Part shown: positions 1 to 8,649 of the stretch, piece after piece | How the letters are laid out: every line of letters begins with the position of its first letter | How positions within the stretch are numbered: position 1 is the first letter of the stretch | DNA from: an uncultured Planctomycetales bacterium | GTDB lineage: Bacteria > Planctomycetota > Phycisphaerae > UBA1845 > PWPN01 | Assembly: GCA_964611365.1 (NCBI GenBank) | Contig: CAZSYS010000004.1 | Coordinates: 1 to 37,256 of the forward strand | Reading direction: 5' to 3' | DNA: 37,256 bases | Notes under the pieces: generated by a model | Database searches by the model: none | What the model was told of the DNA's origin: nothing | The model's input: only the letters and a program-made list of their open reading frames with translations | Program-made: the position numbers and the translations under genes

Positions 1-687
1 GTCTACGACAGGCCGATGCTCCACTACCCGATCGAATGCCTGGTCAACGCGGGCATCCGCGACATCCTGCTGGTGACCGGGGGCGACCATGCCGGCGACT
101 TCCTGCGGCTGCTGGGCAACGGCCGGCAGTTCGGCCTGAGCGAGCTGCATTACACCTACCAGGAGGGTGAAGGCGGGATCGCGGATGCCCTTCGGCTGGC
201 GGAGGATTTCGCGGACGGCGACAAGATCGTGGTGGTCCTGGGCGACAACATCATCCAGAAGAACATCCGCAAGGCCGTCGGGGGCTTCTTCTCCCAGCGG
301 CGGGGAGCCCGGATCCTGCTGAAGGAGGTGGACGACCCGCAGCGCTTCGGGGTGGCCGAGATCCGGGGGGACATGGTGGTCGGAATCGAGGAGAAGCCCG
401 CGGAGCCCAAGAGCCGGCTGGCGGTGATCGGCATCTACATGTACGACCGGCAGGTCTTCGATTTCATCCGCGAACTGAAGCCGTCGGGGCGGGGCGAGCT
501 GGAGATCACCGACGTGAACAACGCCTACATCGCCCAGGGCACCATGACCTGCGAGATGCTGGACGGCTGGTGGACCGACGCGGGAACGTTCGAGTCGCTG
601 CACCGGGCGGGCAACCTCGTGGCCGAGGGAGGAGCCAACCTCGTGGACGACGACGCGACCGTCCCGCCGGCAGGGAGCCGGGCATGA
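1..687 (+). CDS. rmlA: Glucose-1-phosphate thymidylyltransferase-type sugar nucleotidyltransferase (5' partial, open to window start)
   Basis: Frame 1 is open from base 1 (VYDRPMLHYPIE...). Nucleotidyltransferase-fold motifs are present: LLVTGGDHAGDF, GEGGIADAL, VVVLGDNI, EEKPAEPKSRLAVIGIYMY, ELEITDVN. The stop overlaps the rmlB start (ATGA at 684-687), and rmlB and rmlD follow. Confidence 0.8.
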   Translation, partial: VYDRPMLHYPIECLVNAGIRDILLVTGGDHAGDFLRLLGNGRQFGLSELHYTYQEGEGGIADALRLAEDFADGDKIVVVLGDNIIQKNIRKAVGGFFSQRRGARILLKEVDDPQRFGVAEIRGDMVVGIEEKPAEPKSRLAVIGIYMYDRQVFDFIRELKPSGRGELEITDVNNAYIAQGTMTCEMLDGWWTDAGTFESLHRAGNLVAEGGANLVDDDATVPPAGSRA

Positions 688-1694
688 GGACCTTCCTGGT
701 CACCGGGGCCGCGGGGTTCATCGGGGCCAACTTCGTGCGTCAGCTCATCGAGGAGGACCCGGGGGTCCGGGTCGTGGCCTACGACGCCCTGACCTACGCG
801 GGCAATCTCGAGAACCTGGAGGGCTTCCTGGAGCACGACCGGCTGCGGTTCGTGCGCGGCGACATCGGCGACGCCGGCGCGGTGCGCGCCGCCCTGGGGG
901 ACGGAGTGGACGTGGTGGTGAACTTCGCCGCCGAAAGCCACGTGGACCGCAGCATCCTGGGGGCCGGCGATTTCGTGCGGACCAACGTGCTGGGAACGCA
1001 GGTGCTGCTGGACGAGTGCCGGGCCCGCGGCCCGGGGCTCTTCGTACAGATCTCCACCGACGAGGTCTACGGCTCGCTGGGGCCGTCCGGCCGGTTCACG
1101 GAGGACACGCCCCTGGCTCCCAACAGCCCCTACAGCGCCTCCAAGGCGGCCGCGGACCTGCTGGTCCGGGCCTACCACCACACCTACGGCCTACCCGCGG
1201 TCATCACCCGCTGCTCGAACAACTACGGCCCCTACCAGTTCCCCGAGAAGCTGATCCCGCTGTTCATCACCAACCTCATGGAAGGCCGCAAGGTGCCAGT
1301 GTACGGCGACGGCCTGCAGATCCGCGACTGGATCCACGTGTCCGACCACTGCCGGGCGATCCGGGCGGTGATCGAGGGCGGCCGGCCGGGGCGGGTCTAC
1401 AACATCGGGGGCAGCAACGAGCGGAGCAACCTGGAGATCACCCGCCTGCTGCTGGCCGCCCTGGGCCGCGGCGAGGACATGATCGAGCACGTCAAGGACC
1501 GTCCCGGGCATGACCGCCGCTACGCGGTCGACAGCGCGCGGATCGAGGCGGAGCTGGGCTGGCGCCCGCGGGTCGGCTTCGAGGCCGGACTGGCCGACAC
1601 CGTCGCCTGGTACCGGTCCCACGAGCCCTGGTGGCGCCGCATCAAGAGCGGGGCCTACCGGTCGTACTACGAGAGGCAGTATGGCCGGGGCTGA
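684..1694 (+). CDS. rmlB: dTDP-glucose 4,6-dehydratase
   Basis: MRTFLVTGAAGFIGANF Rossmann motif, ISTDEVYG, and YSASKAA catalytic YxxxK. C-terminal HDRRYAVD and WYRSHEPWW are typical of RmlB. I chose ATG 684 (ATGA overlap with rmlA) rather than the Arg-rich upstream extension from 570. Confidence 0.93.
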   Translation: MRTFLVTGAAGFIGANFVRQLIEEDPGVRVVAYDALTYAGNLENLEGFLEHDRLRFVRGDIGDAGAVRAALGDGVDVVVNFAAESHVDRSILGAGDFVRTNVLGTQVLLDECRARGPGLFVQISTDEVYGSLGPSGRFTEDTPLAPNSPYSASKAAADLLVRAYHHTYGLPAVITRCSNNYGPYQFPEKLIPLFITNLMEGRKVPVYGDGLQIRDWIHVSDHCRAIRAVIEGGRPGRVYNIGGSNERSNLEITRLLLAALGRGEDMIEHVKDRPGHDRRYAVDSARIEAELGWRPRVGFEAGLADTVAWYRSHEPWWRRIKSGAYRSYYERQYGRG

Positions 1695-2562
1695 GCGGAT
1701 CTGCATCGTCGGGGCGCGCGGCATGCTGGGGCGGGAGCTCGTCGAGGCCTGCGCGGCCATGGAGTCCGGGGTTCTGTCGACCTGCCAGGCGATCGACCGC
1801 GAGGAGATCGACATTGCCGACGAATCCTCGGTCCGGCGGGTTCTGGACGACCTGGTCCCTGGGGTGGTGATCAACGCCGCGGCGTACACCGACGTGGACG
1901 CCTGTGAGCGTCACGAGGCCGAAGCCACGGCGGTCAACGGGCACGGCCCCGGACATCTGGCGGCCTGGTGTTGCCGCCGCGGGGCCCGCTTCGTCCATGT
2001 GAGCACCGATTTCGTCTTCGACGGCCGCAAGGACGGCCCCTATATGCCCGAGGACGAGGTGTGTCCGCTGAGCGCCTACGGCCGCAGCAAGCTGGAGGGC
2101 GAGCGCCGGGTCCTGGCGGCCTCGCCGGAGCACGCGGTGGTCCGCACCAGCTGGCTGTTCGGCGTGCACGGCGGCAATTTCGTCAAGACCATTCTGCGGC
2201 TGTCGCGCGAACGCGGGGAAATCAGCGTGGTCACCGACCAGGTGGGCCGGCCGACCTGCGCCCGGGACCTGGCCGGGGCGCTGCTGCGGCTGGCGCGGAC
2301 CCGTGCCGGCGGTCTGTTTCATTTTGCCAACCACGGGGCTTGCTCCTGGTACACGTTCGCCGAGGAGATCGTACGGCTGGCCGGCGGCACCACCCGGATC
2401 CTGCCGCTGACCAGCGACCGGCTTGGCCGGCCGGCGGTGCGTCCGGCGTGGTCGGTGCTGGACACCGGGCGGATCGAACGGACGCTGGGGATCGTGCCGC
2501 GGCACTGGAAGGAAGCGCTGGCCGAGTGCCTGCCCGAGCTGTTGAGGCCGGCGGCGGCCTGA
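1681..2562 (+). CDS. rmlD: dTDP-4-dehydrorhamnose reductase
   Basis: ICIVGARGMLGREL nucleotide-binding start, INAAAYTDVDACE, VHVSTDFVFDG and YGRSKLEGE (YxxxK) are typical of RmlD. ATG 1681 overlaps the rmlB end by 14 nt. Confidence 0.9.
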   Translation: MAGAERICIVGARGMLGRELVEACAAMESGVLSTCQAIDREEIDIADESSVRRVLDDLVPGVVINAAAYTDVDACERHEAEATAVNGHGPGHLAAWCCRRGARFVHVSTDFVFDGRKDGPYMPEDEVCPLSAYGRSKLEGERRVLAASPEHAVVRTSWLFGVHGGNFVKTILRLSRERGEISVVTDQVGRPTCARDLAGALLRLARTRAGGLFHFANHGACSWYTFAEEIVRLAGGTTRILPLTSDRLGRPAVRPAWSVLDTGRIERTLGIVPRHWKEALAECLPELLRPAAA

Positions 2563-2630
2563 GCCTCCGGCCCGCGGCGACAGGAAGCCGGTCGGCGCGG
2601 CGGTTGTGTCATCCCTTCTGACGTTGAAAG

Positions 2631-2636
2631 AGGAGA
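2631..2636 (+). promoter_or_regulatory. Shine-Dalgarno (AGGAGA) for the ACP gene
   Basis: AGGAGA lies 3 nt upstream of ATG 2640 in a 77-nt intergenic spacer. Confidence 0.6.
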
Positions 2637-2639
2637 GAC

Positions 2640-2897
2640 ATGGAGCTGGAGAGGAGTATCCGCTCGCTGGTGGTGGAGAACTTCCTGCTGGGCCGCGAAG
2701 AAGGTCTGAGTTCGAGCCAGTCGCTGCTGTCCACCGGCGTGGTGGACTCCACCGGCGTGCTGGAGCTGGTCAGTCTGCTCGAGAAGAGCTTCCAGATCAA
2801 GGTGGCCGACCAGGACCTGGTGCCGGAGAACCTGGACAGCATCGACAACATCGTGCGTTTCGTTCAAGGCAGGATCTCGGCCCGGGGAACGGCCTGA
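2640..2897 (+). CDS. Acyl carrier protein-like (phosphopantetheine-binding)
   Basis: 85 aa and acidic. The helix-2 motif GVVDSTGVLELVSLLE contains a DS(T) serine in the position used for phosphopantetheine attachment. It has a strong RBS and sits directly upstream of an adenylating ligase. Confidence 0.8.
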   Translation: MELERSIRSLVVENFLLGREEGLSSSQSLLSTGVVDSTGVLELVSLLEKSFQIKVADQDLVPENLDSIDNIVRFVQGRISARGTA

Positions 2898-2910
2898 CGC
2901 GGGCACGCTC

Positions 2911-4479
2911 ATGAGAATCCTGGTCCACGATTTCCTGACGGACAGCGCCCGGCGGCATCCGGACAGGGACTACCTGCTGTGCGAGGGCGCGCGGCAGACG
3001 TTCGGCCGGACGGAGCGGGACAGCGACCTGCTGGCCTGCGGGCTGCAGGACGCCGGTATCCGCCGGGGCGACCGCGTGGCGGTCTTCATGGAGAACTCGC
3101 CGGAGCTGGTCACGGCGGTGTTCGGCATCCTGAAGGCCGGGGCCGTGTTCGTGGTGATCAACCCGACGACCAAGGCCAGGAAGCTGGCCTACATCCTCAA
3201 CGACTGCGGGGTCCGGGCGGTGATCGCCCAGCCCTCGCTGGCCCCGGTGGTCGCGGAGGTGCTGCCGCAGGCGCCCTCGGCGGCGCTGCTGATCTGGACG
3301 GGCGATCCCGCCCCGGGCGCTCCGGCCGGCGCGACCTTTGCGGCGGTTACGGCCGGTCCCCACCGCAGGCCCGCGGACCCCGGGCTGATCGACCACGATC
3401 TGTGCACCATCATCTACACCTCGGGCTCGACCGGCGATCCCAAGGGCGTGATGCTGACCCACCGCAACATGACCAACACCGCCTGGGCGATCTCCACTTA
3501 TCTCGGCAACGTGCCGGAGGACGTGGTCATCTGTCTGCTGCCGATGTCGTTCGACTACGGGCTGTACCAGGTGATCACCGGGGCCCGGGTCGGTTTCACG
3601 GTCGTGATCGAGAAGTCCTTCGCCTATCCCTACCACGTGCTCAGGCGGATGGCCGAGCACCGCGTCACCGGGCTGCCGGGCGTGCCGACGATCTTCGCCA
3701 CGCTGCTGCAGATGGCCCCCTTCGACGGGCTGGACCTGTCGTCGATGCGCTACCTGTCCAACACCGCCGCGGCGCTGCCGCCGGCCCACATCCGCCGCCT
3801 GCGGGAGCTGTTTCCGGGCGCGAAGGTGTTCTCCATGTACGGCCTGACGGAATGCACGCGGGTGTGCTACCTGGACCCCGCGCGGCTCGAGGACAAGATC
3901 GCCTCGGTCGGCAAGGCGATGCCCAACGAGGAGGTCTACATCGTCGACGAGCAGGGCCGGCGCGTCGGACCGGGGGTCGTCGGGGAGCTGGTGATCCGCG
4001 GCGCCAACGTGATGCGGGGTTATTGGGGCAAGCCGGAGGCCACCGCCGAGCGTCTGCGGGAAGGGGACATCCCCGGGGAGAAGGTGCTCTATTCGGGCGA
4101 CTGGTTCAAGGCCGACGAGGAGGGCTTTCTCTACTTCGTGGGCCGCAAGGACGACGTCTTCAAGTGCAAGGGCGAGAAGATCAGCCCCAGGGAGATCGAG
4201 AACGTCCTGTACGAGATGGAGGCCGTGGCGGAGGCGGCGATCATCGGCGTGGAGGACCCCATCGACGGCGCGGCCGTCAAGGCGATCGTCGCCCCGCGGA
4301 AAGGATACGTGCTCACGGAGCGCGACGTCCGCCAGCACTGCCGCGCGAGGCTCGAGAACTACATGGTGCCCAGGTTCGTCGAGATCCGCGAATCGCTGCC
4401 CAAGACCGAATCGGGCAAGATCAAGAAGAGCGTGCTCCAGGCCGAGCAGGCGGGCAGGCAGGGACCGGACCCGGGATAG
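2911..4479 (+). CDS. AMP-forming acyl-CoA/acyl-ACP ligase (ANL superfamily adenylating enzyme)
   Basis: AMP-binding motif IIYTSGSTGDPKGVMLTHRN, then YGLTE and GDWFKADEEGFLYFVGRKDD, and C-terminal PKTESGKIKK. Length is 522 aa. Confidence 0.88.
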   Translation: MRILVHDFLTDSARRHPDRDYLLCEGARQTFGRTERDSDLLACGLQDAGIRRGDRVAVFMENSPELVTAVFGILKAGAVFVVINPTTKARKLAYILNDCGVRAVIAQPSLAPVVAEVLPQAPSAALLIWTGDPAPGAPAGATFAAVTAGPHRRPADPGLIDHDLCTIIYTSGSTGDPKGVMLTHRNMTNTAWAISTYLGNVPEDVVICLLPMSFDYGLYQVITGARVGFTVVIEKSFAYPYHVLRRMAEHRVTGLPGVPTIFATLLQMAPFDGLDLSSMRYLSNTAAALPPAHIRRLRELFPGAKVFSMYGLTECTRVCYLDPARLEDKIASVGKAMPNEEVYIVDEQGRRVGPGVVGELVIRGANVMRGYWGKPEATAERLREGDIPGEKVLYSGDWFKADEEGFLYFVGRKDDVFKCKGEKISPREIENVLYEMEAVAEAAIIGVEDPIDGAAVKAIVAPRKGYVLTERDVRQHCRARLENYMVPRFVEIRESLPKTESGKIKKSVLQAEQAGRQGPDPG

Positions 4480-4492
4480 GGGGCCTCAAGGC

Positions 4493-6514
4493 GTGTGTGG
4501 TATCGCGGGCATCCTGGCGGGTCCCGGGCAGGGGCCGGTCGCCTTCGAGGATCTGCGGCGCATGGTGGCCATGCTTCGCCACCGGGGCCCGGACGGGTAC
4601 GGCCTGTACCGCGACGAACGCGTCGGGCTGGGGCACGCCCGGCTGAGCATCATCGACGTGGAGGGGAGTGCCCAGCCGCTGGCCAGCGAGGACGAATCGG
4701 TCTGGATCACGTTCAACGGCGAGATCTTCAACTACATCGAGCTGCGCGAGGAGCTCCGGGCGCGCGGGCATCGCTTTCGCACCGCCGGCGACACCGAGGT
4801 CATCGTTCACTGCTACGAGGAGTACGGCGAACGGGCCTGGGAGAAGCTGAACGGCCAGTTTGCCTTCGGCCTGTGGGACTCGGCCCGGCGGGTCCTGTGG
4901 CTGGTGCGCGACCGGCTGGGCATCCTGCCTCTGTTTCACGCCCGCGCCGACGGCCGGGTGCTGTTTGCCTCGGAGGCCAAGGCGATCTTCGCCGCCGGCG
5001 CGGTCGTGCCGCGGCTGTCCGGGCCGGCGGTGGCCGAGGTCTTCACCCGCTGGGCGGTCCCGGCGCCGGCCACGGTCTTCGAGGGCATCCGCGGGCTGCC
5101 TCCGGCCGGCTGGGCGTGTTTCGACGACCAGGGGCGGGAGACCTGCGGCATCTACTGGCGCCCGCAGTTCCGGGACGATCCGGTCCTGGCCGCATCGTCG
5201 CCGGAGGAGGCGGCCGACGCGCTGGAGGAGAAACTCGCCCGGGCGGTGAGCCTCCGGCTGCGGGCGGACGTGCCCGTCGGAGCCTACCTCAGCGGGGGGC
5301 TGGACTCCTCGACGATCGGGGCGCTGATCCGCAGGTCCGACAGCAGTCCGCTGCAGACCTTCGCCATACGCTTCGAGGACCCGGTCTTCGACGAGACTCC
5401 GCAGCAGCGCCGCATGGCCGGGCTCCTGGGGACGCGGCACCACGAGATCCTGTGCGGAGCCCGGGAGATCCGGCAGGCCCTGCCGGAGGTCGTATGGCAT
5501 TGCGAGATGCCGCTGCTGCGGACCGCGCCGGCGCCGCTGTTCCTGTTGTCGGGCCTGGTTCGCGACCACGGCATGAAGGTCGTGCTGACCGGGGAGGGCG
5601 CCGACGAGTTCCTGGCCGGCTACGATATCTTCAAGGAGGACATGATCCGGCGGTTCTGGGCCCGCCGGCCGGATTCGTCCTGGCGGCCGGCCCTGCTGTC
5701 GCGGCTCTACGGCGACGTCGGATCCGCCCGGCAGCGCGGCACGCGGATGTGGCAGCAGTTTTTCGGCCGGGGGCTGACCGGCGCCGACGATCCGTACTAC
5801 TCGCACCGCATCCGCTGGCAGAACACCGCCTGGGCGACGGCGGTGCTGTCGCCGGATCTGCGGCGCCTGGCGGAAGGCCCGGACGGCGATCGAAGCCTGG
5901 CCGGGGCGCTGCCGGACGGATGGCTGCAGCGGCCGGCCCTGGACCGGGCCCAGATGATCGAGATCGCCACCTTTCTGAGCCCGTACCTGCTGAGCTGTCA
6001 GGGCGACCGCGTGGCCATGGGGCACGGAGTCGAGGTGCGCTACCCCTTCCTGGATCCGGAGGTGGTGGAGTTCTGCCTGGGGCTGCCGCCCAGGCTCCGG
6101 CTGCGCGGACTGACCGACAAGGCCGTGCTGCGCCGGATGGGCGTGCGTCACCTGCCGGTGGAGATCTGGAACCGGCCGAAGAAGCCGTACCGGGCCCCGA
6201 TGACGCAGGCGTTCTTCGCTCCGGGTCCGGCGGACTATGTCGATGAGCTGCTCTCGCCCGGGGCCCTGGCGGCGTGGGGCCTGGCGGACCCCGGGCCGGC
6301 CGGTCGCCTGGTGGACAAGGCCAGGCGGCAGTCGGGCCGGATGTCCGGGGAGCGCGAGGAGATGGCCCTGGTGGGTCTGCTGACGTTGCAGCTGCTGGGG
6401 CGCTTCTTCCTCCAGGGCTTTGCGGGCCGGGTCCAGGAGGCCCTTCGGCGCCTGGAGACTTCGGCCCCCGACGTGCTGTGCGACCGGGCGGGGGATGCGG
6501 CGGTCGCGGCCTGA
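4493..6514 (+). CDS. Asparagine synthase-family glutamine amidotransferase (AsnB-like)
   Basis: GTG start followed by CGIAGIL (Ntn nucleophile Cys2). RGPDG and GEIFNY belong to the glutaminase domain. The PP-loop AYLSGGLDSS belongs to the synthetase domain. Length is 673 aa. Confidence 0.9.
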   Translation: MCGIAGILAGPGQGPVAFEDLRRMVAMLRHRGPDGYGLYRDERVGLGHARLSIIDVEGSAQPLASEDESVWITFNGEIFNYIELREELRARGHRFRTAGDTEVIVHCYEEYGERAWEKLNGQFAFGLWDSARRVLWLVRDRLGILPLFHARADGRVLFASEAKAIFAAGAVVPRLSGPAVAEVFTRWAVPAPATVFEGIRGLPPAGWACFDDQGRETCGIYWRPQFRDDPVLAASSPEEAADALEEKLARAVSLRLRADVPVGAYLSGGLDSSTIGALIRRSDSSPLQTFAIRFEDPVFDETPQQRRMAGLLGTRHHEILCGAREIRQALPEVVWHCEMPLLRTAPAPLFLLSGLVRDHGMKVVLTGEGADEFLAGYDIFKEDMIRRFWARRPDSSWRPALLSRLYGDVGSARQRGTRMWQQFFGRGLTGADDPYYSHRIRWQNTAWATAVLSPDLRRLAEGPDGDRSLAGALPDGWLQRPALDRAQMIEIATFLSPYLLSCQGDRVAMGHGVEVRYPFLDPEVVEFCLGLPPRLRLRGLTDKAVLRRMGVRHLPVEIWNRPKKPYRAPMTQAFFAPGPADYVDELLSPGALAAWGLADPGPAGRLVDKARRQSGRMSGEREEMALVGLLTLQLLGRFFLQGFAGRVQEALRRLETSAPDVLCDRAGDAAVAA

Positions 6515-6545
6515 ACCGGCGCGGCGACGTGGCGTGGTTTGAATC

Positions 6546-7547
6546 ATGAGCACGATCGATTCACGGGAGCAGCCGCCGGGGGCGACCTGGCTGGAGATCG
6601 ACTGCTCCGGCGAGGTCCGGCGGATCGAGGAGGCGATCCGCGACGCGGTGCGCGGGCTCAGGCGGCGGGGCGTGGTCGTGGCGGTCAGCGGCGGCGTGGA
6701 CTCGGCGGTGTGCGCGGTGCTGGCGGCCCGGGCCCTGGGGCCGCAACGGGTGTTCGGCCTGCTGCTGCCGGAGCGCGACTCGGCGGCCGACACCAGCGCC
6801 AGGGGCCGCCTGGTCTGCGACTTCGCGGGGATCGGGTTCGAGATCCAGGACATCGCCCCGGCGCTGGAGGCCCTGGGGTGCTACCGGCGCCGCGACGAGG
6901 CCGTGCGGCGGCTGTTCCCGGACTTCGGCGACGGCTGGCGGATGAAGATCGCCGTGGCCGACGACCTGCTCGGCCGCGAGCGCGTGAACTACTTCAACCT
7001 GATCGTCGAGTCGCCGCAGGGCCGGCGGGAGCGGGCCCGGATGCCGGTGGAGGTGTATCTGCAGGTGGTGGCGGCCACCAACATGAAGCAGCGGACGCGG
7101 AAGCTGTTCGAGTACTACCACGCCGAGCGGATGAACTGCGCGGTGCTGGGCACGCCCAACCGGCTGGAGTATGATCTGGGCTTCTTCGTCCGCGGAGGCG
7201 ACGGCCTTGCGGATCTCAAGCCGATCTCGCATCTTTACAAGAGGCAGGTCTACGCCCTGGCGCGGCACCTGGACCTGCCCGAGGAGATCCGCAACCAGCC
7301 GCCGAGCACGGATACCTACAGTCTGCCGCAGACGCAGGAGGAGTTCTATTTCGCGCTGCCTTACGACCTGATGGACCTGATGCTGTTCGCTGTTCACAAC
7401 GGCGTTCCGGCGGAGGAGGCTGCGCGGGCTTGCGGCCTGACGGCCGGGCAGGTCGAGAGAGTCTACCGGGATATCGCCGCCAAGCGGCGCACCGCGCGGC
7501 AGCTTCTCCAGCCGGCGCTGCGGGCCGACGGAGCGGGCGAGGAATGA
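6546..7547 (+). CDS. NAD+ synthetase (NadE)-like PP-loop ATP pyrophosphatase
   Basis: PP-loop VVVAVSGGVDSAV, NMKQRTRKLFEYYHAE, GTPNRLEYDLGFFVRGGDGLADLKPISHLYKRQVYALARHL and PPSTD resemble ammonia-dependent NadE. The genomic context is not NAD biosynthesis. Confidence 0.78.
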   Translation: MSTIDSREQPPGATWLEIDCSGEVRRIEEAIRDAVRGLRRRGVVVAVSGGVDSAVCAVLAARALGPQRVFGLLLPERDSAADTSARGRLVCDFAGIGFEIQDIAPALEALGCYRRRDEAVRRLFPDFGDGWRMKIAVADDLLGRERVNYFNLIVESPQGRRERARMPVEVYLQVVAATNMKQRTRKLFEYYHAERMNCAVLGTPNRLEYDLGFFVRGGDGLADLKPISHLYKRQVYALARHLDLPEEIRNQPPSTDTYSLPQTQEEFYFALPYDLMDLMLFAVHNGVPAEEAARACGLTAGQVERVYRDIAAKRRTARQLLQPALRADGAGEE

Positions 7548-7606
7548 GTTCGCGCCGCGGACCGACCGGCCGTCGGGTTCTGCCGGGTCGGCTTTCCTTC
7601 CCGGAC

Positions 7607-7612
7607 GGAGGA
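7607..7612 (+). promoter_or_regulatory. Shine-Dalgarno (GGAGGA) for the exosortase gene
   Basis: GGAGGA lies 5 nt upstream of TTG 7618 and 11 nt upstream of ATG 7624. Confidence 0.55.
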
Positions 7613-7617
7613 AGTTC

Positions 7618-8643
7618 TTGAGAATGCGCTGCGGTGCCCGAGCGCACGACACACCGGGAGGTCATTTGCCGCAACGTGCGACATTGACGGTGCGGAGCAG
7701 CACCGCCCGGGGGCGAACGGCTCCCGTGTCGCGGGTGGTCCAGCGGGAGCGGTTGTTTCGGCTCGCCCCGGCCGTGGGGCTGCTGGCGGTCTTCTTCTGG
7801 AGCTACATGCCGACGCTGGCCTTCCTGTGGAGAACGTGGCAGAACGACGGGGACTACTCCGCCGGGCAGCTGGTGCCGGTGGTGTTTGCGTATGTGCTCT
7901 GGTCCCGGAGGAAGCTGCTGAGCCAGCTGGAGTTCCAGCCGTGCTGGTGGGGGCTGGTGGTGCTGCTGGGCGCCCAGGCCATCCGGCTCGGCGGCCTGCT
8001 GTTGAGCTACGGGTCGGCCGAGCCGTTCTCGCTGGTCCTGACGGTTTTCGGGGTGTTCCTGCTGATCGCCGGCCGGAGGTTCACGCGATGGATCTTCTGG
8101 CCGCTGGTGTTCCTGTTCCTGATGGCCCCGCTGCCCAGACGCGTTCACGCCGCCGTGGCGCTGCCCCTGCAGAGCTTTGCGACCACCTCGGCGGTTTTCG
8201 GGCTTGAGCTTTTCGGCTACCTGGTCAGCCGCGAGGGCAACGTGCTGAAGCTGCCGCAGGGAACGGCCGTCAACGTGGCCGAGGCCTGCAGCGGTCTGCG
8301 CATGCTGACGGCCTTCGTGGTGGTGGCGTCGGCGATGGCGTTCGCGATCCGGGCGCCCAAGTGGCTCAAGGCGGCACTGGCGCTTTCCAGCCTGCCGGTG
8401 GGCGTGCTGTCGAACTCCCTGCGCCTCCTGGTGACCGTGCTCCTGCACGAATCGCTCGGCGGCGAGGCCGGGCAGAAGTTCCTGCACGACTTTGCCGGTT
8501 TGACGATGATGCCTCTGGCGGTGCTGATCCTGCTCGGCGAGCTCAGGCTGCTGCGCTGGATCGAGCACGGCCAGACGGGCAGCGGAGGGCGGCCGGCGAC
8601 GGCATTACGGGCCGGTGCCGGTCCGGTCCGCCCGACGGCCTGA
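7618..8643 (+). CDS. Exosortase (EpsH/Xrt family transpeptidase)
   Basis: Polytopic membrane protein with the exosortase signature VNVAEACSGLRML (catalytic Cys), LSNSLRLLVTVLLHE (Arg/His) and the N-terminal WQNDGDYSAGQLVP motif. The start is TTG 7618 or ATG 7624, both behind a strong SD. Confidence 0.88.
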   Translation: MRMRCGARAHDTPGGHLPQRATLTVRSSTARGRTAPVSRVVQRERLFRLAPAVGLLAVFFWSYMPTLAFLWRTWQNDGDYSAGQLVPVVFAYVLWSRRKLLSQLEFQPCWWGLVVLLGAQAIRLGGLLLSYGSAEPFSLVLTVFGVFLLIAGRRFTRWIFWPLVFLFLMAPLPRRVHAAVALPLQSFATTSAVFGLELFGYLVSREGNVLKLPQGTAVNVAEACSGLRMLTAFVVVASAMAFAIRAPKWLKAALALSSLPVGVLSNSLRLLVTVLLHESLGGEAGQKFLHDFAGLTMMPLAVLILLGELRLLRWIEHGQTGSGGRPATALRAGAGPVRPTA

Positions 8644-8649
8644 AACCCC

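Noticed and set aside
570-683. Arg-rich N-terminal extensions of rmlB (570-683) and rmlD (1510-1680)
   Set aside because: They overlap the preceding genes and add non-homologous basic low-complexity sequence. The canonical Rossmann N-termini start at 684 and 1681.
2797-4338. 513-aa - strand ORF and the 555-aa alternate + frame ORF (2979-4646) across the ligase gene
   Set aside because: Same shadow-ORF composition. The frame encoding IIYTSGSTGDPKG is unambiguously the real one.
4421-6853. 810-aa ORF on the - strand antisense to the AsnB-like gene
   Set aside because: Arg/Pro/Gly/Ala-dominated low-complexity translation with no recognisable motifs. It is fully contained opposite a gene with clear motifs. 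This is a typical shadow ORF of GC-rich DNA.
7548-7617. Small hairpins (CCGAC-cggcc-GTCGG and neighbours) between the NadE-like gene and the exosortase as a terminator/attenuator
   Set aside because: The stems are short, in GC-rich sequence where they arise by chance, and no U-tract follows. A strong SD follows, which is consistent with simple read-through.
7216-8568. 450-aa - strand ORF opposite the exosortase
   Set aside because: Highly charged, repetitive R/Q/H/P translation. The opposite strand carries the exosortase catalytic motifs.
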